Shown one piece after another: positions 1-11,984 of a stretch of DNA of 64,000 bases (its first letter is position 1; each line of letters starts with the position of its first letter). Source of the DNA: Eledone cirrhosa (Eukaryota). The position numbers were made by a program, and so were the translations under genes. Where the stretch lies: contig OZ024741.1 of NCBI GenBank assembly GCA_964016885.1, positions 376,340,001 to 376,404,000 of the forward strand. The letters are read 5' to 3'. The notes beneath the pieces are model-generated. The model saw only the letters and a program-made list of their open reading frames with translations. It did no database searches and was not told where the DNA came from.

Positions 1-130
1 AAATAAAAGAAACATATCTACATCTCTCTCTCTCTCTCTATCTATCTATCTAATTACCTACCTAACTCTCTATCTAACTACATCTCTCTCTCTCTCTATC
101 TTTGTCTATCTACCTATCTACCTATCTAAC
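1..130 (+). repeat. Extreme 3' tail of a Tx1-like LINE subfamily followed by a degenerate (TC)n/(ATCT)n microsatellite
   Basis: Bases 1-20 (aaataaaagaaacatatcta) match the 3' end at ~11744-11763, which is also followed by (ATCT)n. Confidence 0.5.
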
Positions 131-2187
131 TATAATGTAGATGTATTTTTTTAAATAAAAATATATATTTAGATTTACACATTATTTTGCACAGAAATAT
201 AATACCTATATGTCAACATTATTTCCCAATTTATGTTAATTTTTTAATATATTAATTAATCTATACATTAAAACCTAGAGCAGAATGAATTTCATTTACG
301 ATTGAGTTAATTTGGCTCTATTCTTGCAAATAATTAGTAAGCTATTAAGATGCCATCTCAACGTAATTAACTCGAAATACAAGAAGAATTACACACTAAT
401 TTCAACTGACACATATATTCAAGACAGTTGTGTCAGCAGTAAATCTGGTTGATGATATCTACTGATAATTTACAAAAGTTTATCTTCTTGAAACGTCGTT
501 GAGAGATCAATTTGAAACATTACACCGGTTAATATTATATCCATCACTCATTCAATTAACTATTGCCTATTAACTATTGCCTATTAAAGTCAGAGCTTAT
601 TATAGTTAAACAGAAATTATGGTTCAAGACGATGTTTGAAATTCCGCCGTCACCATCACATAAAATTTATTATAATTTGCTCTCATAATGAAGTCAATTT
701 TTTCGCTTATCCGTAACATGTCAATTAGCCCTATTTAAACCAATACTTAAACCACACTGCATTGTTCAATAGTGTATTATAAATTGTGAAATGGCTTTCT
801 AAAATACGGAACGCCACAATATTTAATTGACGCTAAAATTAAAGACTGTTGATTCTGTCATTGAAGAGTTTAAATTCCATAGATTACTTTAGCATAAATT
901 CACAAATTGTAGGCACAGTATGTTAAATTATGGGAGACAGAATTGAGATTGCAATACTGGAACTGTGTAAATCAGGGTACATTTTAGGCAAAGCTGGCCA
1001 CATCATGATGACCTTTAGATATTACAAAATGCCTCGCCATAACGATCAATATGCAAATATCCCCGGTTTAATAGACTTTCGAATCTTCTCCATACCTCGT
1101 TTATAAAATATGCTATCGTGAATAGTATAAATATTTTGACATTATAATGCTTTTATGATTTAACTGGAGGAATAAAGAAAATGCCCCTGTATTTTGGAGG
1201 TTCTCCAAGATTGGTGAGATGGAAGTATTAATGCTGTGTTTGATTTTTTGAAGATTAATACTGGGAAAATATGGCTGTGGAAAAAATAGGTCGAATGACA
1301 TGCGACTCTTTCTGTGATTGATTATTGGATGCGTCGGTAAACACTGTTTTAGCTAGGTTGAACAGAGGCGTTGGTTTATATGAGAGAAGATACAATCCGA
1401 GCAAACCACATACGTATGACAGCAGATGATACAAAGAATACGAAAGGTCAGTCATATATGTTTTGTGTGTGCGTGTAAAAGTTGAAACAACCCATATATT
1501 TGATCGAACTTTAAATGTGGTTTGAAAAATATTTTGAAGGGAACAATAATTTCTTATGTTAGCCATGGACTGAAAGACCAGATGTTTCTGGAAGTAAAAT
1601 TATTAATGGAATACGAGATTACTATGTAGTCACATTATACCATAAGTGGTGTAGCATGCCTGAAGACAATACTATTTCATTCAATTGTTGTTCATGTCTA
1701 GGAAGTGTGAAATTCAATACTGAATCATAGTTATGTAAAATATCTGTGTAATGGTTATATTTATGCCGATTAAAGTGACATGTGGTGCTTGGATGTAATT
1801 ATGCGGCCTGTTTCCATGGTTCTCAGCGTACCTCTGACATGCAGCAGTTGGTTTAAATAAGGTGTAAATATATTTGAGGAAGATGTTGATATAATATAGG
1901 GAAGAATTCGTTATGAAGAAAGACTCATCAGAAGAATCAGGAAGTGTTTAGATGATGTAGGTTAGACTGAGTATGGGATTCAGAAAATCTATACTAATAT
2001 ACATTTGCATCGGTACATGTCGGAAAAGCAGTTGCAGAGCTACTGTGGATTATGGTGATGTGGCACATCAACAGGGAATTTCCTATCTGGCCAGAATTTG
2101 AAAATAAGGTTATTCTTCACAATTATTCTCTCGGCGAAATGATGATCGTCATTGAGGCATGTGCCAGTGGTTATTTGACTAGATAAT

Positions 2188-2671
<484 letters not shown>

Positions 2672-2966
2672 TAAAAACAAATAACGAAACGAAATTAAAT
2701 TTTGTTTCATTTGTAACTCACTTTTGTATGACTGACGCTTAAACAATTAAGTTAAAGATGTACATCCATATATGTATACTGAAATACTAGTATGTATATG
2801 AATACACACACGTATACATATGTAGATGTACCAAGTTTTTTCACTGGTCACTTTACTGTGAGTGGCCAGCTATTCTGTATGTAAACACACAGACAAACCG
2901 GTTTTTAGAGTCATACTGGTTTTTGAGGAAACACCTTTCCTCTATTCTCTAGAAAGCCAGACAAGG

Positions 2967-3011
2967 AATATTGAACTAGTTTCGTTGTTGTTACAACTCA
3001 TCAGCAATATT
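2967..3011 (-). ncRNA. Minimal type I hammerhead ribozyme, array copy 1
   Basis: Minus strand reads AAUAUUG-CUGAUGA-GUUGU aaca ACAAC-GAAA-CUAG-UU-CAAUAUU: 7-bp stem I, intact core, 5-bp stem II, palindromic stem III ACUAGU, GUU cleavage triplet. Confidence 0.9.
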
Positions 3012-3433
3012 TACCTATCTTCCGGCCTCTCTAGAGAATCGTAAAAGCACATATCGTTATATGCTTTTTCTATGAAAATTAGTAGTGGGCATACTAATTT
3101 GCATAGAGTGTGAGTAAGTACCGGTTCAACGGAGACGATAAAAACAAATAACGAAACGAAATTAAATTTTGTTTCATTTGTAACTCACTTTTGTATGACT
3201 GACGCTTAAACAATTAAGTTAAAGATGTACATCCATATATGTATACTGAAATACTAGTATGTATATGAATACACACACGTATACATATGTAGATGTACCA
3301 AGTTTTTTCACTGGTCACTTTACTGTGAGTGGCCAGCTATTCTGTATGTAAACACACAGACAAACCGGTTTTTAGAGTCATACTGGTTTTTGAGGAAACA
3401 CCTTTCCTCTATTCTCTAGAAAGCCAGACAAGG

Positions 3434-3478
3434 AATATTGAACTAGTTTCGTTGTTGTTACAACTCATCAGCAATATT
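3434..3478 (-). ncRNA. Minimal type I hammerhead ribozyme, array copy 2
   Basis: Identical to 2967-3011, offset +467. Confidence 0.9.
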
Positions 3479-3900
3479 TACCTATCTTCCGGCCTCTCTA
3501 GAGAATCGTAAAAGCACATATCGTTATATGCTTTTTCTATGAAAATTAGTAGTGGGCATACTAATTTGCATAGAGTGTGAGTAAGTACCGGTTCAACGGA
3601 GACGATAAAAACAAATAACGAAACGAAATTAAATTTTGTTTCATTTGTAACTCACTTTTGTATGACTGACGCTTAAACAATTAAGTTAAAGATGTACATC
3701 CATATATGTATACTGAAATACTAGTATGTATATGAATACACACACGTATACATATGTAGATGTACCAAGTTTTTTCACTGGTCACTTTACTGTGAGTGGC
3801 CAGCTATTCTGTATGTAAACACACAGACAAACCGGTTTTTAGAGTCATACTGGTTTTTGAGGAAACACCTTTCCTCTATTCTCTAGAAAGCCAGACAAGG

Positions 3901-3945
3901 AATATTGAACTAGTTTCGTTGTTGTTACAACTCATCAGCAATATT
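3901..3945 (-). ncRNA. Minimal type I hammerhead ribozyme, array copy 3
   Basis: Identical to 2967-3011, offset +934. Confidence 0.9.
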
Positions 3946-4367
3946 TACCTATCTTCCGGCCTCTCTAGAGAATCGTAAAAGCACATATCGTTATATGCTT
4001 TTTCTATGAAAATTAGTAGTGGGCATACTAATTTGCATAGAGTGTGAGTAAGTACCGGTTCAACGGAGGCGATAAAAACAAATAACGAAACGAAATTAAA
4101 TTTTGTTTCATTTGTAACTCACTTTTGTATGACTGACGCTTAAACAATTAAGTTAAAGATGTACATCCATATATGTATACTGAAATACTAGTATGTATAT
4201 GAATACACACACGTATACATATGTAGATGTACCAAGTTTTTTCACTGGTCACTTTACTGTGAGTGGCCAGCTATTCTGTATGTAAACACACAGACAAACC
4301 GGTTTTTAGAGTCATACTGGTTTTTGAGGAAACACCTTTCCTCTATTCTCTAGAAAGCCAGACAAGG

Positions 4368-4412
4368 AATATTGAACTAGTTTCGTTGTTGTTACAACTC
4401 ATCAGCAATATT
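4368..4412 (-). ncRNA. Minimal type I hammerhead ribozyme, array copy 4
   Basis: Identical to 2967-3011, offset +1401. Confidence 0.9.
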
Positions 4413-4871
4413 TACCTATCTTCCGGCCTCTCTAGAGAATCGTAAAAGCACATATCGTTATATGCTTTTTCTATGAAAATTAGTAGTGGGCATACTAATT
4501 TGCATAGAGTGTGAGTAAGTACCGGTTCAACGGAGACGATAAAAACAAATAACGAAACGAAATTAAATTTTGTTTCATTTGTAACTCACTTTTGTATGAC
4601 TGACGCTTAAACAATTAAGTTAAAGATGTACATCCATATATGTATACTGAAATACTAGTATGTATATGAATACACACACGTATACATATGTAGATGTACC
4701 AAGTTTTTTCACTGGTCACTTTACTGTGAGTGGCCAGCTATTCTGTATGTAAACACACAGACAAACCGGTTTTTAGAGTCATACTGGTTTTTGAGGAAAC
4801 ACCTTTCCTCTATTCTCTAGAAAACCAGACAAGGAATATTGAATATTGAAAAAACTTGGAATATTGAATAT

Positions 4872-4976
4872 TGAAAAAAACTTGGTACATCTACATATGT
4901 ATACGTGTGTGTATTCATATACATACTAGTATTTCAGTATACATATATGGATGTACATCTTTAACTTAATTGTTTA
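4872..4976 (+). repeat. Inverted ~105-bp piece of the 467-bp unit
   Basis: Reverse complement of ~2740-2843 (taaacaattaag...ccaagttttttca). Confidence 0.9.
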
Positions 4977-5383
<407 letters not shown>

Positions 5384-5387
5384 TGAC

Positions 5388-5694
5388 AGGAATTCCAACT
5401 TTGTCTGATTTACTCGTTTTATTTACAATCCTTTAACATTTATAATGGTATTATAGTGAAATAGTATGATAGAATATTAAATGTTAAGTGTTAATTGAAC
5501 AAGTACCTTCATGCTTTCGTAATCTTCAGGTTCATAATGTGTGGTGAGAGTCAAGTTTGAATTTTCTAGCAAACTTGACTTGTTCAATTAACACTTAACA
5601 TTTAATATTCTATCATACTATTTCACTATAATACCATTATATATTTTAAAGGATTGTAAATAAAACGAGTAAATCAGACAAAGTTGGAATTCCT
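5388..5694. repeat. Inverted repeat with ~117-bp arms (5388-5504, 5578-5694); probable short Penelope-type footprint
   Basis: Arms are reverse complements with few mismatches. The spacer holds an HHR-like core and a snap-back hairpin (5549-5580). Confidence 0.75.
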
Positions 5695-5994
5695 CTTATT
5701 AATATAATCTTCTATACACAATCCCGTGTATATCTATCTATCTATCTATCTATCTATTTATCAAAATCTAGCTGTCGTCTGTTCTACAGTGTGGATGTCA
5801 TTCACTTCGCACAGAAGTTTTGTTCAAATTTATTGAGGAAATTTTGTGAGTTCAAACTTAATTTTGATACAATTGTGTAGCTTGACCCTCCGTCTGAACT
5901 GTCAGGCGGTGGGTCAGCTCGTCTTTACCCCTCCTAGAGGTGAAAAACCTGTTTTAAAAAATTTTGTGTAAAAAATTTCAATCGTCTAACAGAA

Positions 5995-7899
5995 ATGTTA
6001 AACGCAGCGAACAAAAATAGTGGTGGGGGGACAGCGGTAAGAGTTGTAAGCTCGCACGCTTTAGTCCCCCCTTCCTTCCCAACTAACGTCATAGAGAAGG
6101 AAGGAAAAATTAAAATTAAAACAGACGAATCTGCGGACAAAAAAAAAAAATGACGAAAACACAAATCTGGACTTGGATTCCAACAACGAAAAAAAAAAAA
6201 TTTGAAAAATTGCATGACAATACTAATAACGCAAACAAAGACACAACAAACACAGAAATAACATTTGAAAATAACACCATATCAGAAAACAAAGCAGACG
6301 ACAAGATTTCATTTGCACAGAAAACAAAGAAATCTTTGACTTATATAGCGGAAAACATTTCAGATGTGGTACGAAGGATCACGGACGCCAAACAATACAT
6401 AAGTGAAGGAGAGAATGGTATTTTATCGGTAAAAATGCCTCAAGAATTCACGAAAGACATTGAAAGCCGAACGGTCAAGTTTCGGACCATCAACAACAGT
6501 ACAAAAAAACCTGAACAGCCTTCTCAAGCAGATATCAAAATAGTACTCACAGAAGTACTTAATGAAACCACTTTCATAAGAAAAGACAGACTGTATGGAA
6601 GCCTAGCAATTATCATGAAGAACGAATCGGCGGCAAAAAAAATGTGCTTTGTCACCGATTCGTTCGAAAAACTTCACCTTTTATCCATCTTATATGGGGA
6701 AAAGAACTCAACGCATATGGCTGGATGCAATGATGCCAGATGTGGACTACTGCTGGCTCATAGCTGGCTTCATCGATCCAGTGAATGACAACGTGATTTC
6801 CATTGGGAAAACCACAGGCAATGCGTTCAGTGGAACAGGTATAGAGCTGGTAGTACAAATGAAGCCTGAACGCATCGCCCAAATACCCGACAGAATCCTA
6901 TTAGAGGACCACGGGTATATAAACATTAGCGTGGAGGGGAGAAGGCCGTCCTGCCATATCTGTGCAGGCAGAGGGCACCTGAAGGCCGCTTGTCCCCAAC
7001 TCAACAAAAAGAAAACCCTGCTACCAACACCAGCTCCACCACCACCACCACAACAGATAAACAAACAACAAAACTCGGTCCCACCCAATCCGTCCCTCAG
7101 TAAAACCACAACACCACCACAACACAAACAGTCACAACACATTGCCCCAAAACAAAATATAGGCCCACCCAACCTCTCACTCAATAAAACAACACAACCA
7201 CCGCAGACACAACACACAACACAGTCTAACATAGTGATATCCATCTCCCCCACAAAGAAAACCAACACGGAAACATTACCAGCAAACATACCTCTTCCCT
7301 CCAACACTGAAGATAACCCAACGAATTCGGAGGAAGAAACGGAGTCCTTCAGATAGATTAAAAGGAAAAAAAGAAAACATGTACAAAACACACAAGGACA
7401 AACAACCCCCACCCAAATCTCAACACAATCCAACAAAACAGAAAACACCCCTCCAGCAACAAACAAAACCAAACCTGCCCCTCCCCTCTTCGAAGCACTC
7501 ACACCATCGGAAAAAAAGACATTACACTATACTTACATCAACAGAAACAATAATAAATTAAATGAGCTCATATACAGTAATCCTTCGGTACAAACCGAAG
7601 GTGTAAACTTTGTTTCGTCAGAAAACTACCCACATTTAAAACTAATAAAGATCCCAATGAACCTCTACCAAAAACTAAAAAAGGATTTTAAGGAGGACGT
7701 AGGACCACCCTCTGTCAAACCCATAAACCGCGTCCTACTAAAAAGCTTTCCCCCTCCCCTTCCCCTCCCCAACACAACTCCAAACACCCCAACCCTATCA
7801 CACACTGACGACCCCACACCACCACAAGACACCCCTTCACCCAACACCCCCGACCCCATGGAAGTCGTGCAACCCGAACCCCTGGAAGCGGAAGGGTAG
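5995..7899 (+). pseudogene. LINE ORF1 (gag-like, zinc knuckle, Pro/Thr-rich tail), disrupted
   Basis: CHICAGRGHLKAAC knuckle. Frameshifts in A-runs near 6140-6200 and 6640 relative to copy 2, and an in-frame TAG at 7354-7356. Confidence 0.8.
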
Positions 7900-7932
7900 G
7901 TCTCTACACTCTCCTTTGGCTCTACCGCCCAC

Positions 7933-10900
7933 ATGGATGTGTTAAGAGTAGGATGTTTGAATGCACGTGGCCTGGGCTCAACTTGGAAGCAAGCAAAGCT
8001 TCTAAATGACCTCAGGTCATGTAGTATAAATGTAATGGTTATCTGTGAAACTCGAATCAGCGTCGTGCGGCAGCTGGCCCCCACCTTCGATGACTTTGCG
8101 GTGCATGCATCTCTCTGTCAACCTGGAGGTGGGGGTGGGGTTGTCGTACTGCTGCAAAAACACCTGGGTCTTGCCGTACAGGTTGTGCACTCGGACCCGG
8201 AGGGTCGTTTGTTGGTGCTAGACGTTGGCAGTAGTGAAAGTGCGGCCTTGAGATTGGTCGCCGTCTACTCCCCTTCCGGAGCTGAACGGCCCGACTTCTT
8301 CCAGCGTTTGGAGACTTTTCTGGGAACGTCGCGTTCCCTGCTTCTAGCGGGGGATTGGAATGACATCCTGGATGCACGTTGGGACTATGCAGGAGCATGT
8401 CCTAATAGAGAGGGGTGTAACAGCCTCAAAGGGTTACTCGACCGTTTTAACTTGGTCGATAGATATCGACTAGATTTTCCAACTGTGCCTACCTGGACTT
8501 GGAGAAACCACAGTGGTCAATCTAGATCGTACTTAGATAGATTCTTAGTTAGAAGTAAGGATAGGGACATATTAAGCTGTCCAGAAATGCGCACGGTTGG
8601 CTACACGGATCACAAATTAGTGACCTGCGTGGTCAATCTCGAGAAAACACATAGACAGGGTCCCGGTTACTGGAAACTTAATTTGTCTTTACCGGCAAAA
8701 GATACTTACAGAAACCGGATTAGCAGATTAGTTAAGGAGAGGTTGACGGGTGCAATCGTCAACAACCGATGGTGGGCATCTCTCAAAAGAGAAATTAGAA
8801 CAGAATCAATAAGTTATAGCAAGATGTTAGCTGCCGATAGGAATAGAAACGAGAAAGAATTAACAGGTAAATTAGAAGAGGCAATCAAGAGCGAAGATGT
8901 GGCCAGAGTGCTGGCATCGAGGACGGCCTTGAACCAGTTTTTCGATGCAAAGCACGAAGGCTGCGTCATTCGAAGTAAAATACGTGCTCTAGGTAATGAG
9001 GGGGCCAAAGCCGTTGGATGGGGCGGCGTGACAGAAGCTAAGAGTGGAAATCGATCCACCATCCGGTCGTTGCAAGACGAAGATGGACGGGTGATCCGGG
9101 AGCCTAAGCAGATGTGCGAGGCCTTTCAAAGGCACTTTGCCCGATTGTTCGGGGGAGGCGAGGGTCCGGGCGGGGGCGTGGATTTCGGTCCATACCTCGA
9201 CGACCTGCCGCGTCTCTCGAACGAAGAGGCAGAGTCCTGCGAGGGACCAATCTCGGCTGATGAGATCGGAGATGCGCTGAGCCAATGGAGCAGACGCAAA
9301 TCTCCAGGTCTCGATGGTATACCTTACGAACTTTATTTAGCAATGCCGGTCTTCTTCTCCGAACTCCTCGAAGCGGTCTACTGCAATTGGCAGCAGAACG
9401 GGAGAATTACTTGTTCTGTAGCCAAGGGCGTAGTCACGCTGGTGAGGAAGGACGAGAACAAGGGGGATAGTATAAATAATTTTCGGCCCATAACCCTGCT
9501 AAACACAGAGTTAAAGATTTTGGCCAAGGTGTTAGCAAAGAGGTTGGCGCTTGTCGTGGGTGGCCTGGTGGGAGATGCGCAGACATGTGCTATCCCATCC
9601 AGGTCCATTCACGATAACCTCCACCTCATGCGATACATCATAGAGAGGGTTGGCAACAAACCCGGCCTCGGTGGGGCCCTGATCAACTTGGATCAGTCTA
9701 AGGCCTTCGATAGGGTCGACCATGGTTACCTGGATGCGGTGCTAGCGGCGGCTGGGTTCGGTCCTGTTTTCAGAGGCTGGATCACTGCCCTACATAGCAA
9801 CCACATCTGTTCTAGGATCAAGGTGAACGGCTACCTTTCGAAGCCGTTCGAAATCACACGATCCATTCGACAGGGGTGCCCTCTCTCCTCCCTTCTGTAC
9901 GTATTGACTCTCGATCCTTTACTGAGGAAGTTGGAGTTGTTGCAGGGTATCCCCCTGGAACCAGGATTGAGCAAAGCGGTGTCGGCCTACGCCGATGACG
10001 TAACAGTAATGGTATCGACCGACTCGGAGATCGAGGCGATCGGTACCTTACTGGAGGAGTACGAAAGGTTGTCAGGAGCGAAACTGAACCGGGAAAAATC
10101 CATCGGGCTGCAACTCGGAACGTGGAGAGGCAGACCGATGCCTCCTGACGGTGTCGTCGGACACTGGACGGAGGGCCCGGTAAAGTTGTTTGGGGTCTGG
10201 TTTGGACCGGACCTCCAGGTGGAAAAGAACTGGAACGAGGTTACGAACAAGGTGTTTGCACTAACCCAGAAATGGGCCAAGTGTAAGCTGTCCCTAAAAG
10301 GCCGGGCGGAGGTGGCGAACATTTACATAGCGTCCGTCACTTACTACCGCCTGACTGTCGTGCCTAGCCCTAAGGAAACACTCACCACCATGGAACGCAT
10401 GCTCTTCCAATTTCTTTGGAAGAAGCGTCCTCCTATGGTGAGAAGATCCATCTGCTGCCAACAACCTTCGAAAGGAGGGCTGGGGATGCCGTGGTTGATG
10501 ATGCGTAGGCACGCATTAAGGCTACGGCACCTACAGGTATTCCTCACTGGTCAACCGGTGTGGGCTCCGTTCGTGAAACGAGCCTTTCCGAGACTCGTCT
10601 CGCTCACCGAGCTACAGTCCTGGGTCAAGCAAAGATCCGGAAAACTGGGAGACTGGCACACTGAGTGTGCTCAGGCGCTCAGGGCTCTCTGGCAAGCGGG
10701 CCAGGCCATCGGTGGAGAATCCACCTCATCATTCTATAGAGGGCTGGTTGCTAGCAGGGGCGATGACACCCTTGGAGAGTCGCTGGACATGGAAGAAGAC
10801 GAACTGGCCAGCCTGTTCGGTAGGACTTTCGGCCCAGGACCAATGGACAACTTCCAGAAGTCACTGGCCTGGCAGTGCTACCGGGGGGCTCTACCCGTTC

Positions 10901-11370
10901 GAGAGAGGTTCTACAGACACGGGCGCCTGGGCAGGGATCCCTCAAAACAGATTTGCCCTAGATGCGTGCGTCACGAAGAAACCGTTGCGCACGCATTGGT
11001 GCAATGTCCGGGCGTGGCTGATCTGTGGGGCTACGCCGAACGACTGCTGTCGCGGGTGGCGCCGATTAAATTGACCGCCGAGTCCGTGATGACAATCAAA
11101 CCGCCTCCCCTCTTCACAAATGAAGCAAAGGCGGTTTTTCTGTGCGTAATAGCCATGTTGAAAGAGGTTGTCTGGTGGACACGATTGAAAGGTCTGAGGT
11201 CAGGCAACTTCCTCTCTGGCCATAGTCTGGTCTACTTCTTCCGATATCACTTCGGAAGAAGGATAAGAATGGAGAGAGAGGTGCTTGGCCACAGGCAGTT
11301 TTATGAAAGGTGGGTGATAGTGGCGAGAATGGCTCGTGTAAATGGGCCTTCTCTGTATACCATCCTGTAG
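7933..11370 (+). CDS. LINE ORF2: AP endonuclease, reverse transcriptase and C-terminal zinc finger (1145 aa, open)
   Basis: LNARGL, CET, GDWN, YLDRF, TDH (APE); SPGLDG, FRPITLLN, KAFDRV, RQGCPLS, YADD (RT); CPRC-x7-H-x4-C. Confidence 0.95.
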   Translation: MDVLRVGCLNARGLGSTWKQAKLLNDLRSCSINVMVICETRISVVRQLAPTFDDFAVHASLCQPGGGGGVVVLLQKHLGLAVQVVHSDPEGRLLVLDVGSSESAALRLVAVYSPSGAERPDFFQRLETFLGTSRSLLLAGDWNDILDARWDYAGACPNREGCNSLKGLLDRFNLVDRYRLDFPTVPTWTWRNHSGQSRSYLDRFLVRSKDRDILSCPEMRTVGYTDHKLVTCVVNLEKTHRQGPGYWKLNLSLPAKDTYRNRISRLVKERLTGAIVNNRWWASLKREIRTESISYSKMLAADRNRNEKELTGKLEEAIKSEDVARVLASRTALNQFFDAKHEGCVIRSKIRALGNEGAKAVGWGGVTEAKSGNRSTIRSLQDEDGRVIREPKQMCEAFQRHFARLFGGGEGPGGGVDFGPYLDDLPRLSNEEAESCEGPISADEIGDALSQWSRRKSPGLDGIPYELYLAMPVFFSELLEAVYCNWQQNGRITCSVAKGVVTLVRKDENKGDSINNFRPITLLNTELKILAKVLAKRLALVVGGLVGDAQTCAIPSRSIHDNLHLMRYIIERVGNKPGLGGALINLDQSKAFDRVDHGYLDAVLAAAGFGPVFRGWITALHSNHICSRIKVNGYLSKPFEITRSIRQGCPLSSLLYVLTLDPLLRKLELLQGIPLEPGLSKAVSAYADDVTVMVSTDSEIEAIGTLLEEYERLSGAKLNREKSIGLQLGTWRGRPMPPDGVVGHWTEGPVKLFGVWFGPDLQVEKNWNEVTNKVFALTQKWAKCKLSLKGRAEVANIYIASVTYYRLTVVPSPKETLTTMERMLFQFLWKKRPPMVRRSICCQQPSKGGLGMPWLMMRRHALRLRHLQVFLTGQPVWAPFVKRAFPRLVSLTELQSWVKQRSGKLGDWHTECAQALRALWQAGQAIGGESTSSFYRGLVASRGDDTLGESLDMEEDELASLFGRTFGPGPMDNFQKSLAWQCYRGALPVRERFYRHGRLGRDPSKQICPRCVRHEETVAHALVQCPGVADLWGYAERLLSRVAPIKLTAESVMTIKPPPLFTNEAKAVFLCVIAMLKEVVWWTRLKGLRSGNFLSGHSLVYFFRYHFGRRIRMEREVLGHRQFYERWVIVARMARVNGPSLYTIL

Positions 11371-11590
11371 GTAAAGAAGTAAAGGAGAGGGGAGCACCTT
11401 CTCCATGTGCTCCCCGGGCAAAGGATTGCACACTTTTTCGGGGGTGTGTGCAACCCCCATCACGTCCCTCCCTTTTGAAGTTATTTTCGATTATTTTCAT
11501 GTTACACCCTTTTTACTCGATTATATGTAAACTCCCCCTTTGTATTTGTCCCTTCTTTTTATGCCTTTATGGTAAATAAAGAAATCTATC

Positions 11591-11637
<47 letters not shown>

Positions 11638-11757
11638 ATCTTATTTTATTTTTATATTTTGTTATTGCCTCCTCCTTATTGAGGACGCCTCTTTGTGTAA
11701 ACTACCCCCATTGTACTTGTCCCACTTTTGATGCCCTAGTGGCAAATAAAAGAAACA
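11638..11757 (+). mobile_element. 5'-truncated 3' UTR of a related Tx1-like subfamily between (ATCT)n tracts
   Basis: tgtaaactacccccattgtacttgtccc...gcaaataaaagaaa aligns to LINE 3' UTR 11526-11583. Confidence 0.7.
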
Positions 11758-11836
11758 TATCTATCTATCTATCTATATATATATATATATATGTATATTA
11801 TACATATATATATATATATATAGATAATTTATAAAC

Positions 11837-11916
<80 letters not shown>

Positions 11917-11984
11917 GTATGTATATTATACATATATATATATATAAATAATATATAAACATATATATATATATATTTATATAT

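Larger units (their letters stand above)
2672..4843 (-). mobile_element. Tandem array of a 467-bp unit (~4.65 copies) with one hammerhead ribozyme per full unit; candidate non-LTR retrozyme
   Basis: Units start near 2673, 3140, 3607, 4074 and 4541 and are almost identical (substitutions seen near 4069 and 4824). The unit is hairpin-rich and carries an HHR on the minus strand. Confidence 0.85.
5763..11583 (+). mobile_element. Full-length Tx1/L1-clade non-LTR retrotransposon, copy 1, inserted in (ATCT)n
   Basis: ORF1 with CCHC knuckle, ORF2 APE-RT-zinc finger, 3' AATAAA. 23-bp TSD atctatctatctatctatttatc at 5740-5762 and 11584-11606. Confidence 0.92.

Noticed and set aside
2862-4445. Four identical 60-aa ORFs (MASYSVCKH...)
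   Set aside because: GTG start, no recognisable domain, repeated only because of the tandem unit, and antisense to the ribozyme.
2672-4843. CRISPR array or multicopy gene cluster
   Set aside because: The units are identical over their whole length with no unique spacers, and the context is eukaryotic.
6747-7502. 251-aa antisense ORF in LINE ORF1 (also 15747-16502)
   Set aside because: Expected shadow of an A/C-rich sense strand that yields few antisense stops; no domain.
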